DNA of 44,926 nucleotides from Rotaria socialis (taxonomy: Eukaryota). The notes below the pieces were generated by a model, which saw only the letters and a list, made by a program, of their open reading frames with translations, was not told the DNA's origin and ran no database searches. Positions 12,091 through 24,091 of the stretch are shown in pieces. Every line of letters starts with the position of its first letter. Position 1 is the first letter of the stretch. Position numbers and translations under genes: made by a program. The DNA lies in the NCBI GenBank assembly GCA_905331295.1, contig CAJNYD010000072.1:50735-95660 (forward strand), given 5' to 3'.

Positions 12091-13853
12091 CGACCTGTCC
12101 AAGCGTGATGGAATCACGTTTTTTCATTTTATATTTTGAATATCTCAACTTAATGAAATTGGATAATGCTGAAATTTTCAGAATATATTCAAGTTTCATT
12201 GCTCTACGTACTCTGAAATTTTCATAGGGTTCGAAACTTCCGTGAGAATTTTATGATTAAAATATAGATCCGTTATGGAATCACCAAAAATGGTCTTCGA
12301 CATTGAGTCCTACATGAAGAACTAGAAAATTTAGCTCAGCTAAAACTGCGAAGAAAAAACTTTCAATAGGAAAGTTATAGTGGAGATGTCATTCTATCAG
12401 TAGAAAAAAAGAAAATTTAAAATATGTAAAAGTATGTCTTTGAACAGCGAAAAAAGCTTCGTAACGGAATCACCATTTTCATGACGGAATCACTTTTTTA
12501 AAATATTCATGTTTTTTGAGTGCTTATTTCTTCAGAAATTTATCTATAATTCCCGAAAATCAACAAATTTTGTATTACTCATAGATATCTACAAAATGAG
12601 TGCAAAGTCCGGCCATCGGTACTGGAATCGGGACTAGGACCGAAAAAAATTAATTGTATCGAGGTCATAACCACAAAAACGTAAGTATATCATGGCTGAG
12701 ACCCAGACAAAAGCAAAACTGGTCCCACCAAGAGTAAGAGGGTGAGAGTTTCGTACTCTGTAGTCCAGATGAAGTAAGGTAGGAGTACAGTAAAGTAGAC
12801 CTAAGTTACAGTTGCAGTAAAGAAATAAAAAATATGACTACTGAAGACGCATTAAAAATGTGAGAAAACAGTGCTGCAGCATGCTCCTCTAAATAGGCAC
12901 AGACTGTAGATTAGTTAGAACCACATGAACGGAATAAAAAATGAAATTACACCAGGACAGAGACCAGAACCACAATAAGGGTTCCGGGACTTCGGTCGGG
13001 ATTGGGGTCAAAAATAATGTTGCCTCGCGTATCTCTAAGTACTCTTGAAAAAGTGATCAAGAAAAGTAATTTTACGTTGATCATTCGGATAAAGTGAAAA
13101 CTATACTCCAACAGTATAAGATACATATCAAATATCACCGATAAAATGGCATCTTCAATTGCGGTAATAAAAATAACTTCAAATTGTCAGAAATCAACTT
13201 CGGAATTAAGCAGTAAGGCTCTAAAACCCCATTACCTATATAAGAAATATAGCTAAGATGTAATATAAGAGAAAAACAATGTTCCTATTATTTTTAGGGA
13301 AAGGTACTTGTTCAACCCAAACGTGATTCCGTCACGCTTTCTGTAACGAACCAGGAATTTTTATCAAAAGCCAACTATTTCTGTGGGTAGAGCGAAAAAA
13401 ATCGGCGTTAAAGCGCGCATTTGTAGAATTATACATATCTTGCTTTCGGCTAAGAATGAGTTCTACCATGTTTTCGTTACGGAATCACAATCAAAAATGG
13501 ACTACTTTTAAAGTATAAATATTTTTCTTCGGGAACAACAAATATCTGGATCTCTTCTTATAGCTAAAGAGCCAACTTAACATTGTTCTGAAAGATGTGA
13601 TCGACTTTGAAAAATATCGTGCCTGTCTGTATGAAAAAACACAAAATAAAAACTCTTCATAAATATATATATTCATCGATACAGACTGATACTTGTTTAA
13701 TAATATTTTTTTCCTAAAATATATACCGCTACTGAGATAAAAAATACATTTCTGTGTACTATCCATGATGCTCTACAAGATGGTTATATTTATTTTACTC
13801 AATTTTGAAGTTCAACTTTGCCTACATAGGTGGACCGTTACGTGGACAGGTCG
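12091..13853. mobile_element. Non-autonomous DNA transposon with 4-bp TSD (Sola1-like)
   Basis: TIR CGACCTGTCCA / TGGACAGGTCG, flanked on both sides by AAGT. An ACGGAATCAC motif is repeated internally (~12464, 12485, 13479, inverted at 13323). No transposase ORF. The superfamily call is tentative. Confidence 0.7.
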
Positions 13854-14488
13854 AAGTATAATAATTTGAACTGGGTGCGTAAAATAATCTTTAATAAATG
13901 GATTCTATGGTTTCTTAAGGAAAAACTTGATCGTCAGCGAGTGGATTATTAGTGAAGGTATTCTGGATTTTTGCTAGTGTAAGGGTACAATACACAATTT
14001 AGTATGAACACTTTAGTCTACAATCCCACTAAGAGGTTCCTAGAAAATCTTTTTGGTTGAAAAAAACAGAAGAGAGTCATTATGTTAATCCACTTTAGTT
14101 ATCAACGTATGATACAATTTTGTCTACTAGTTCGATACCTAATAGTATGCAGTAAAGTTTCACGAAATCTTAAACAATTTATTTGGCACCCTTTCCCCCT
14201 GTGTAATGTCTTGAATCGAGTGAATAAATAAAACTATCATATTAATTTAACTTTATTGAGCTTGAGTAAAGGATTTCTACTATCTAATGACAGAAAAGAA
14301 TGTGTGCTAATGAAACAATAAGACTAGCAGCAAAAATACATTATCATGAAAAAACATACTACTACGAGAAAAACATAGAAAAATAAAATATGTGATCATT
14401 CATAAGCACATGATAAAGAAGAAGAAATGTAGCTAATAATTAGCGAGATGTAGCAGAACAAATGAGTAAGATCTACGATAATCTAAAG

Positions 14489-15733
14489 CTAATTTTTGGT
14501 ATGTTTTGATCCCATGATTGTGTCAAAATATTCTTTGACTTTTTCGAAGTCCATGCTTATCTGCGCAGCTTCAATAGAACGATTTTCACCAATACTATCA
14601 TCTTCTACTATGGCTTTAAATCGAGAGGGGAACGAATTCATAAATGAACACTCTTTCTCTAAACCTTCTTCTTCTACTTCTTCCTCATCATCTGAAAATA
14701 GTACAGCTTTTCTTTTTGTGAGACATTTTGACTTCTAACGAGGAACATGGCAAGTCTTCATTAGCTGTTATTGGAGCTGGTACGTTACCAACGAGGTACG
14801 CGCGAAGCAAGGACTTCTTTCTGTTTGACTTTACTGTTGATGTAAATGCATCTTCAATGTGAGTTTCTGCTTGTGAAGGACGATTATCTTTCGAGACTGC
14901 AGAAACCTCAAGGTTATCAACAGCCAATGAAGCTATTTCATCACCTGCAACCTACTTTTTCTTTGGTATTTTCCCGAGATGAGCGAGAGGCCGAATCGGA
15001 TTCGTAAATTGGCTACGATACAGCTTTACAAGGGGTACAGCACAATCATGTACTACGCTCTCTACGTCACAAGCACTCAATTCAGACCTTAGACATTCGG
15101 TTTTTCGTTTCCCTAATGATTTGGGTTTGGATTTGCGTGGTAGGTTTGGTGTTGTTGTGGTTTGTGCCGATGACTTTTCAATAGCTTCATCACTTGAATC
15201 AACAATCGGTGGTGTCATTACAATTATATCATCATTTTGATCAACAATTGGTGAAAAAGTCGATAATTCGAGAATATTAGAAGCCAAAATCGACTGTAAA
15301 TCAACTTGCTCAATATTCATATCCGTGGCACTTGATGTTTTCATGTCACATTCCGTTCCATCAATCAGCGAGGTATTTACAACCTGCTTTTTGTCTCCAA
15401 GGAATGACCTGTGGATTTTTCACCTGTAGCAGTTGATTCAAAACCTATTGTTGTTGTTGTTGTTGTTGTTGTTGCTGTTTTAGATGCTAGAAGAAAACGA
15501 GACCCGTTTTTCTCTGTTATGCAAATTTCTTTCTACTAACTTTCATTACCTATTGTATTAGTGTTATTAGCTTGTGCTGATTGATTATAAAGAGTGGCAT
15601 AGTAAGCGTAAGGCATTCTCTCGTAGTATTCGAGAGGCAGAATAATCGTAGCAGTTCCTTGTTTCTTGACATTAATGTCATCCGTTTGTGTGCTCTTCTC
15701 GGTAGTGCACCACATAGTAGATTGAACATTCAT
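14489..15733 (-). pseudogene. Disrupted gene for an unknown low-complexity (Thr/Ser/acidic) protein
   Basis: ATG at 15733, GT-AG intron at 15540-15487, poly-Thr from (ACA)n. Collinear ORF pieces are broken by a frameshift near 15415, an in-frame TAG at 14952-14954 and a frameshift near 14712. Confidence 0.6.
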
Positions 15734-16829
15734 GTTGCTGAAAAGGTTTGAATCAAAAAATGCAAAAATTATCAATCTTTTAGATGCAACAAACGAGTGT
15801 CAATTAGCTCCGCTGCATTCCAACAAAACTTTCTGTGATTAAAATTGACCACTGGAGTTCAAAAATCATGCAAACAAACAGCAGTTCTCAATAAAAGTGC
15901 TAAAAACTCAATGCTCTTTCGTGGATTTGAAATGCTTATCGGAAGTATTTCACTTCTGTTTCGTCGTGTTCAAGTCAGTAGCAGAATTCTTCATGATATT
16001 CTGAATCAATAGTCTTTGCGTCATGAACCTTTTATGCTTGTTATACACTTTAGATTTGGTACTATGTAAAACCTCAGAATCTGATATAAGTTTCCTAGAC
16101 TTGTGCTAGTTCTCGTTCTTTTCTAAACCATTCATTGGTTCCTGAACTTCTTGGTTACATACTGAAGTTTCAATATACTCCCTGAGTGTTCATTTAAAAG
16201 TACTATCAACTATGGAAATCCTATTAGTTTTCCAAGAACTTATCTGAGTTTTAATCACTACTGTAGATCTCTATTAGTTTCTATGATATTTTCGAGTACA
16301 TTGATGACTACAGATCTTTCGCAATCTGTTCCCTGAGTTTTTGCAACTCCTAACATTCAGATCTCATCATATCTCTATGGAAATGTTAAGTTCTAGTTGG
16401 ATTCAAAGAACTCCTCGGATTTCTATCAGTTTCTGGAAAATATACAGATTTCTAGGTATTATCTGTATTTTTGGGAATATCAGAGGATTCTATGAGAACC
16501 CTTGATTTCAACAAAGTTTCTATAGATCTACAAAAGCTTATCTAGGAATTCGGTAGGTTTCTTGCAAATCTGAAACAATTAGGATATATTCAGTGGATGT
16601 TGCAGTAGAAATAACTAATTACTCAAGTAGTTATTACATGATGAATTCGACAGATGTTCAGGTTAATATGTAGGTGTCATCTCGAATAAAGAGATCGGAG
16701 AATTATACAGTGAATGACTTACCTTGAGAAAGCTGTTGAATAATACGAAGAAGATGAGGAAGTGTTAAATGAGATCAGAATGTGTGGGTGTGTTATACAC
16801 TCAAATATTCAAATTAGATTCAAAGGAGA

Positions 16830-16868
16830 ACACAACGTTTCGATCTTGCTTAAGGATCTCATCACGTA
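16830..16868 (-). ncRNA. Degenerate minimal hammerhead ribozyme motif in a Penelope pLTR-like segment
   Basis: The minus strand reads GTGATGA-GATC-CTTAAGCAA-GATC-GAAAC-GTT, with core C3 replaced by G. A GTAAGT donor lies downstream at ~16717-16722. Confidence 0.5.
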
Positions 16869-17828
16869 TCTCTAGAATCCCAAAAACACATTATTATATA
16901 AAACGTAAAATCTTCATATAAGGAACATAACTAGATCATAAAGCAACTCCTAGAATCCTAATCAACAACAAAGATTATTTCATTAGAAGGACTTCTCTTT
17001 CGATTACAGTCAAAAAGAAATACATTATTATCGAGTTCGAAAGAAGTACCTTTAATTTGATGTCAGATCTAATATCGGGACATTTTACACGATGAGAGAT
17101 TCATCTACTTCCAAATATGTGACATGTACTAATGAATTTCGTTCTTTTTCCTTTTTTTGAATGACATATGTATATGTAATTTTTTCGTTCTCCCCTCCTT
17201 ATGAACATACTTATGTCTATATCGACATTTGCAGTATGAAGAAATGCTTAATGACTAATTATAATTACATTTGTAACTAAGCAGGGATACCCCGAACATT
17301 TGATCTTGTCATACAAGGCTCAGTCATTCATTGTTCTAATGTATTATATACAATAAAATGTCCAAATTGTTTTTCTTCTTATAAAGTTCAATCACTACTT
17401 ATAATTACTTAATGTAATTAATTAAACCTTCAGCATCATTTTGTGATGAATTCATATCAATTGTTCGAATGTTTAATCAAAATCATCCTTTTTCACCAAC
17501 CAAACAGGAAAACATTCATTTCATCAGTTAGACAGTCAACACTACTGTCTTACATATAGCATCGATAAACAAGACTATTCTTGGGTCAACGGAATCTGTA
17601 CAAAAATTGTTATATCTGACTCGCATACGTAGAGTTTGTTTCATATATAACGAGAAATGAGTCAATCTATTTGCTGACTAAATATATAGATGAAGATAAA
17701 TCACTTTCTTTCTTTCCTGTTTATTATACATACTATATGAAATGTTCGAACTCGGTAGCATCGTCTAAGCCATGTCGTTCTCTTTCCTTATAATAGTTAG
17801 ACATACGTATATATATATATATATATAT

Positions 17829-18560
17829 ACAAGTAACGCTCGTCGCTTGGACGCGCTTGACCCTCGACTGAATTGAATAGTTAAGACTACTTGTACTCTA
17901 ACTCCTTGTTGAGCGAATTGGTACCAATGTCAGTTAAAACTAGACATCTGTTACAGTTCTATTATTATGATCTATAATATTAAAATGGTATAGTCAGTTT
18001 AGCCTTATTGTGAACCTCGGACTAGAATTATCACTGTTATCGACTAATTTCTAAAACAAGCTGCTGTCAAAAATAGCTTCCTAGAATTCTTCGTTTCTCA
18101 TTGTGGTATTTAAAAAGCTGTACTTACTTCTTCAGCTAAAAACTGATAGAAAAATTAATTCTTTCAATGAAAAGTTATCGATAACGTAAAACGGTGTGTT
18201 CTCAAAGCTAAATTAGCTTGTAAAGTCGTTTCATGACACAAATATCACTCTTCCTTATAATGACTATAATATGAGATATGTAGCTTTCAACTGATATTGA
18301 GTGCTCGTGTTTATATTTGACTGCCTTCTATACAGTTCAATTAGAAAATATATTCATATCATAATGAGAAATAAGGGTAACCCTAACATCAAGTACAATA
18401 TTGCTTTCGACGAATATCCTTTTGGTCAAATATATGGATTGGTTTAGCTGCCTGGCCACATAGAATGATTCTATGAGTACTATGATTTAGAATTATTGCA
18501 AAGGATATTAAAATTGAAAATTTGATGAGCAGACATGCGACAAATATATTCAATGTATGA
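17829..18560 (-). mobile_element. Possible third, more divergent HINE/Helitron-like element
   Basis: Starts in an (AT)n tract with ACAAGTAACG, then a GC-rich hairpin and CCCTCGACTG (compare CCCTAGACTG in the other two copies). The far end is not defined. Confidence 0.35.
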
Positions 18561-18640
18561 CCAAACTGAACAATGAAATAGATATAAAAACAGGCAGATA
18601 TCTATATCTAGCGCATACCAATCAAAAGTATGGTTAACCA

Positions 18641-20720
18641 CACTGTAAAAAAAATCGTAGATTAATAAACCATAAAATGGTTTGTGATACGTTGCACTTT
18701 AATAAACCCTTATAAGGGTTTATGAAAACCATAAACCCCATCATAAACCCTTCAAAAGGGTTTATAGGAGGGTATATAGAAGGGTTTAGTATCTTACTAA
18801 ACCCTTTCAAATACCCTTCTAACAGGTTTATGGAAACTTACTTTTAGCCAAAAATCATGTTCAGTTTCATGAGCCATTGAAGCAAACCTATTCGAATAAA
18901 ATTAAAAACATTATTTTTTTAAAATAATAATTGCCTATGATTTTGAATTTGTTTTTCACTATAAGAATAAAAATAAGAATTATTAATTGGAAATTATACT
19001 TACTTGTGATTGCGATTCCGAATTTTGAGCTAAAACAACAAAACTAAGAATTGTTTAATGAAAAATTATAATTACTTACTTGCGATTATGATTTCAAATT
19101 TTGAACTAAAACATAAAAATAATTATTATTGAAGGAAAAATTATAGTTACTTGTGGCTGCGATCTCGAATTGTGAACTAAAATAATAAAAATAAGAATCA
19201 TTGATAAAAAAATTATGCTTACCTTCGATTTTGAAGTTGCTTCTTCACTAAAAACATAACCATAAGAATTATTTAATAAAAAAAGTATACTTACTTGGGA
19301 TTACGATTTCAAATTTTGAACTAAAAAGATAAAAATAAAAATTATTTAAGGAAAAATTATACTCACATTCGATTTTGAATTTGTTTTTTCACTAAAAGAA
19401 TAAAAATATGAATTATTGAAAGAAAATTATACTTACGTTTGATTTTGAAGTTGTTGCTACACTAAAAGAATGAAAATAATAATTGTTTAATGAAAACTAT
19501 ACATACTTGTGATTGCAATTTCGAATTTTGAACTAAAGCCATAAAAATAATAATTTTTCTGTGAAAAATTGTACTCACGTTCGATTTTGAATTTAAAATT
19601 GACTAAAAGAAAACAAAAAGAATAATTCAGATACAAAAATTTTACTTAACTAGAATCTCCACTTCTATGTTTAACTAAAACATTAAAAGCAATAATTTTA
19701 AGAAAAAAATATACTTGCTTACGATTTTCAGTTTCAAATAGAACTAAAGGATGAAACAATAATTAAAATACAAAGATTTTACTTACCTAGAATTTTCAAT
19801 GTGAAATTGGACTAAAAGATTAAGAACAATAATTTTAATAAAAACTACTATATTTACCTACGGTTCTCAATTTTCTTTCCTATCCAACTAAAAGGCTGGA
19901 AAAAAATAAGCATATATAAAAAGTAATGCTTCGATTTGATCGGATCGATTTGAAAATGCTAAATCAAAAGCGGTTGATTCAAAAAAATAATAATTGCATG
20001 CAATGTTTTAAATTACTGATGAAATTCTTCAAGATTTATGAATAAATACTTACGTTTCTTTTTATAGAAGCCTCATCTACATAAAACAAAGTTTCATTTT
20101 GTTTTTCAGGTTGATCTAACTAATCGAGAATGATAATCTTTTAATGTGAGATTACAAGCTATTGCAACATAGAGAGAGCTAAAGTTATGCAGTGTGTTTT
20201 TCATTAATCTATGTTTCTATTGTACGACTTCCTATCTAATCACAAAAATACTTTATTAATACGTGTCATCAACCAGAAAAACCAAAATCGTTTTGATATA
20301 TATGTATAACGTGTCCAATTTGAATTTTTTTAGTGCAAAACGTATTTCATGAAAGGGTACAATAATAAACCCTTCGCCGTAGAATAAGAAACCCTTTGAA
20401 TACAAGGGTCGAACAAGAAACCCTTTAATGCAACAGTATAATAATAAACCCTTCACCATAGAATAAGAAACCCTTCAATGCAAGAGTATAATAATAAACC
20501 CTTCCTGTAGAATAATAAACCCTTCGTCGTAGATTCACAAACCCTTCCCCTTAAATTCTGGTGCAATAAACCCTTTTTATTTTCAAATACCCTTATTTTC
20601 ATAAACGCTTCAGGCAATAAACGGTTTTAGACTTTCGGAAAAAAACATAAACCCTTTAAGGGTTTATGAAACCTTTTTTTTAGTACTAGGGTTTAGTATT
20701 CTACGATTTTTTTTACAGTG
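18641..20720. mobile_element. Non-autonomous CACTA/EnSpm element (CACTG termini)
   Basis: TIR CACTGTAAAAAAAATCGTAGA / TCTACGATTTTTTTTACAGTG, 2-bp TSD CA on both sides, and many AAACCCT/AGGGTTT subterminal repeats at 18660-18830 and 20350-20700. Confidence 0.92.
18935..19890 (-). repeat. Tandem array of 14 units of about 70 bp, each a 24-30 nt micro-exon-like segment plus a 43-50 nt GT/GC-AG intron-like segment
   Basis: Segments at 18935-18958, 19004-19029, 19080-19105, 19151-19176, 19223-19247, 19295-19320, 19367-19391, 19437-19461, 19507-19532, 19579-19602, 19651-19674, 19719-19743, 19787-19811 and 19858-19887. On the minus strand each is preceded by TAG (13 of 14 TTTAG) and followed by a GT or GC donor-like motif. 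Confidence 0.8.
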
Positions 20721-20829
20721 CATATGAGAGCAACGCTAATATGTACAAGACATTGCAGAAAAAAAAGGTTTACATGTGAAAAACATTGAGTTAATAGATA
20801 AAAAGAATATTATATAGAAAGAAAAACAG

Positions 20830-21510
20830 ACAAGTAACGTGAATCGAAAATCGATTCACTGGGCCCTAGACTGGCAGAACTCACACATGCAAATATATGA
20901 ACAGCCCACTTCGTCGGCTGTTTCAACTAGATTCTGAAATTTCCCAAAAAGTTGACTGGATGAGTTCAACCGAAACAAGGAAGACAAAGGGCGAATAAGT
21001 GAAAGTTGGGTACCAATCAGACGAAAATGAAACATTTCCAAGAACAATAAATAGAAAAACGCAGCCAAAATAAGCGTGAAATACAGGTGCGAAACAGTGG
21101 CTTAACCAAGATATTACTCCTGGTAGGGGAGGGGGCGCTCTCAGCCTCCTCATTAATAGAATACACTGTTAACAGTTCTCGTTAGGAGCTTACATATTTT
21201 TGACATGGGAAAGAGGTTGAGTTTCACTTAGGAACTGGATCACACCATTAGAAAATTTAGCGATGGAGGCATCAAAGTTCCTTATAGGAACTCCGGCTGC
21301 CCCCTTCGCTTGCTTCATCATTACAAGTGACTATTCGGCGTGTTGCCTCAGTGGATCCGCCAATGATAAGCGCTATGGAAATGGTCATTAGTGCCACAAA
21401 AATGGTCGTTTGAGCCATAGAAATGGTAATTCTTACCAATACCTTGTTACAGGCAAACAGATACAGGTGAATTCCGATTTCTAGACCCTATAACCATTCG
21501 GTCTAGGGAA
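20830..21510 (-). mobile_element. Helentron-associated non-autonomous element (HINE/DINE-1-like), copy 2
   Basis: Perfect hairpin GTGAATCGA-AAA-TCGATTCAC (20839-20859), subTIRs CCCTAGACTG / CGGTCTAGGG (21499-21508), and an internal block homologous to copy 1 (TCAAAGTTCC...CCAATG). Confidence 0.75.
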
Positions 21511-22770
21511 TATTTGAAAGACAGGAAAATATTACGTTATTTCTTTGAAAATTAGTTAGAAAAAAAATGCTAAAAAATAGAACCAAGCATGTGGCTACAA
21601 AATCCACTAAAAGGTCGAAGTTACCTCGGAGCCTAGATCAAAATACTCAAACAATGATGTCACCGATCCACACACAGATGTCACCAATATGATAAAAACT
21701 CGATTTCGTTTTTTTTTCAAAAATCGGCTTTTCTGAGGGGGGGGGCCTTAAAGAATCCAGTGAAATAAAGTAATTTATTCAAACATGAACATCAATATGC
21801 ATCATGTCGTAGAGCTTTTTGAGACATCCCTAATCGGGTATAGTAAATCTGTTTCAAATGAGTTCGAAGGAACTATAGTTCATTCACTGATACACAACTG
21901 CATATCAACTGACCACCATCAGTTTCCTATTGTAAAATACAAGATGACCAGAAATGCTACGTACTTTTCGTTATAGGCAGTCAGAAAATCTTATATGAGA
22001 TGAAATATTTTGCAAATACTCATTATTCAGTAACTCATCATGCTTTGATGTAGGTGCTTAATCCGTCTATTGGTAAATCGACTCTAGTTCTCTTGAACTC
22101 TTATGAAACAGAATTTACTGCATCCCATTCGGCACCTCTCAAAATCTTGACAAACGACTTAAATGTGAGTTTTCATTTCTGAAGAAATCACCTTATTTGA
22201 CTGGGTCGTTTTAACATGTTGGTCACTAGTTACTTTTGGTCGACTTCACGCAAAAAGGTTCATATAATGAAAATATATCAGTAATAATCAATTTCACTTC
22301 TTATGATAAATCTCTACGGTAATATTATATATGCTTGCTCCTTCTTTTCGTTTTTTTTGTTTAAATATGTATCTATCAATACTAAAGGTGAAAGAAAAAC
22401 CTCAGTATGAAAAACATTTTTCTGATTCTATCAAAGGTTACATAGGAAATGATTCCCTATTCTGTAAGCAAAACTACATCTGAGCTTTCTGAAAATATGA
22501 GGAAAATGTTGATTTCATTCTTTAAATTCAGTTCGATTTCTTTTCAACTTGAGATCGATTAAGATTCAAGTAAGATTATTCTCATAGACTATTTCTATAA
22601 ATTTGAGTATTCTAAATCTATTTTGAAATAAGAAACGATCGAGACATTTAATATATACTATAGATTTTCGAATTAACTTGATTTCAGTGAACTAGAAAAA
22701 AGATATTACCTGCTATAAAATTAGAAATCAACTATTTATTTTTAGCTACTTTATTCTTCTAAAATTTTAG

Positions 22771-22859
22771 GTGATAGTGGTGTTGGTAAAACATCTTTAT
22801 TTCGTGTTCTTCATTCAATATGGCCAGTCAATATAAACGGATCGTTTTCATATGAACCT
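22771..22859 (+). pseudogene. Isolated exon fragment of an ABCD-subfamily ABC transporter (Walker A)
   Basis: After a TTTTAG acceptor it reads (G)DSGVGKTSLFRVLHSIWPVNINGSF, matching the ABCD pattern GxSGxGKTSLxRVLxxxW. It is cut by the TIR element at 22862. Confidence 0.7.
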
Positions 22860-22861
22860 AC

Positions 22862-23778
22862 CAGAGACCGAAATCGAATCGAATTGCCGAATAATTCGAT
22901 TCGATTCACCCCAGACGAATCGAATCGAATGATACTTCTAGAAAAGAGGTCGAATCGAATCGATTCGTTTTTTTTCAGTTTCATTCGGCTATTGAAAATC
23001 ATTTTCTTTGTTCTGGTGTTATGGTCGAGGGCAGTTGACTAGTATAAGAGATGACGCATGAAAAAGGACGTCCACTGTTTCTCTTTCTTTGTTTCTGTCA
23101 GTCGTGCTTATTTAATGGTCATCCCTGTTCTGTTCATATCGCTATCATGGTCAAGTGCATTTTGATTGACATAAGAAATGCTCACTTACAACGAGCGTTC
23201 CATCTTTCTTTCCTTCTTTTTTTTTTCGTTAGTCAATTTAGGCTCCAATCACACTGAGAAGTAAATTAACATTATAGTTGAATTAAGCCATGTGACTGGT
23301 GCATTAAGAGTTAAGTAATACTTTAGAGGTGATTTTAACTCTTAATGTATCAATTAGATTACTGAATAAGACTTTAACTTTATTCACATTTCCAGTGCGA
23401 TTGGGGTCTTGATATCAACCTCTTTATTTATTAAGTATGGCTACGGTCAACTGTAAATATAGATCCATATACAGTAAATGATATTATTTTTCTTCGTTCT
23501 ATAGAAAATAAACTTATTTAATTAGTCTACTTAGATGTGTTAATTAATTTATATTTTATGTGTTCTTTCTTGAAAAAAATGAATAATTCTTATGTATATC
23601 TTCATAAATTATATTTATTCAACATATTTCTATAGAAGATCGACAGACTATTCTCATTCTAAGATGACAGTCTGAAAACAACAATACTATGTAATAGTGA
23701 ATACCATATTTTGTAAACCCAATTTGAGTCGAACCGAGTCGAATCGAATGGCACTTTTGTCATCGGTTTCGGTCTCTG
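22862..23778. mobile_element. hAT-like non-autonomous element with CAGAGA termini and TCGAA subterminal repeats
   Basis: TIR CAGAGACCGAAA / TTTCGGTCTCTG with (AATCG)n repeats near both ends. The 8-bp flanks do not match (gaacctac / gttggggt). Confidence 0.75.
23252..23397. mobile_element. Small CACTG...CAGTG MITE nested in the hAT-like element
   Basis: CACTG and CAGTG ends, flanks CA / CG, and an internal inverted pair CATTAAGAGTTAA / TTAACTCTTAATG. Confidence 0.4.
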
Positions 23779-24091
23779 GTTGGGGTAAATTTTTAATTGT
23801 GTTTTTAAGTTCTATTAAAGAAATATACGTATTACTATTTGACTTTTTCTATTGAATAGAAATCTCTGTTCAAGTTTATGAATCACTAAGATTGTCCGAG
23901 TATAGATTTTATATCAAAGACACAAAATCTTCGCTATAAATAGCAATCAGTTACAATTGTAAAAGCTTCACGATGAATGAAAGTCGTTGATAAATGAATA
24001 GTTTTTGCTTCACTAAATAATGCTAAAGTATTCGATTTAGCTTGCTTCAACTGATGCTTGATCAGTTACGACATTTGTCAAATTGTGTTGC

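Noticed and set aside
11818..12406. Separate TIR element defined by the 75-bp inverted repeat
   Set aside because: One arm ends exactly at an N and the other lies inside the Sola-like element, so it is probably a scaffold join or a second partial copy.
18935..19890. CRISPR array interpretation of the repeat/spacer pattern
   Set aside because: The context is eukaryotic, the repeats are degenerate and intron-like, the spacers are related to each other, and there are no cas genes.
21690..21752. GGGGGCC|TTAA Kolobok-like right end
   Set aside because: No partner terminus was found.
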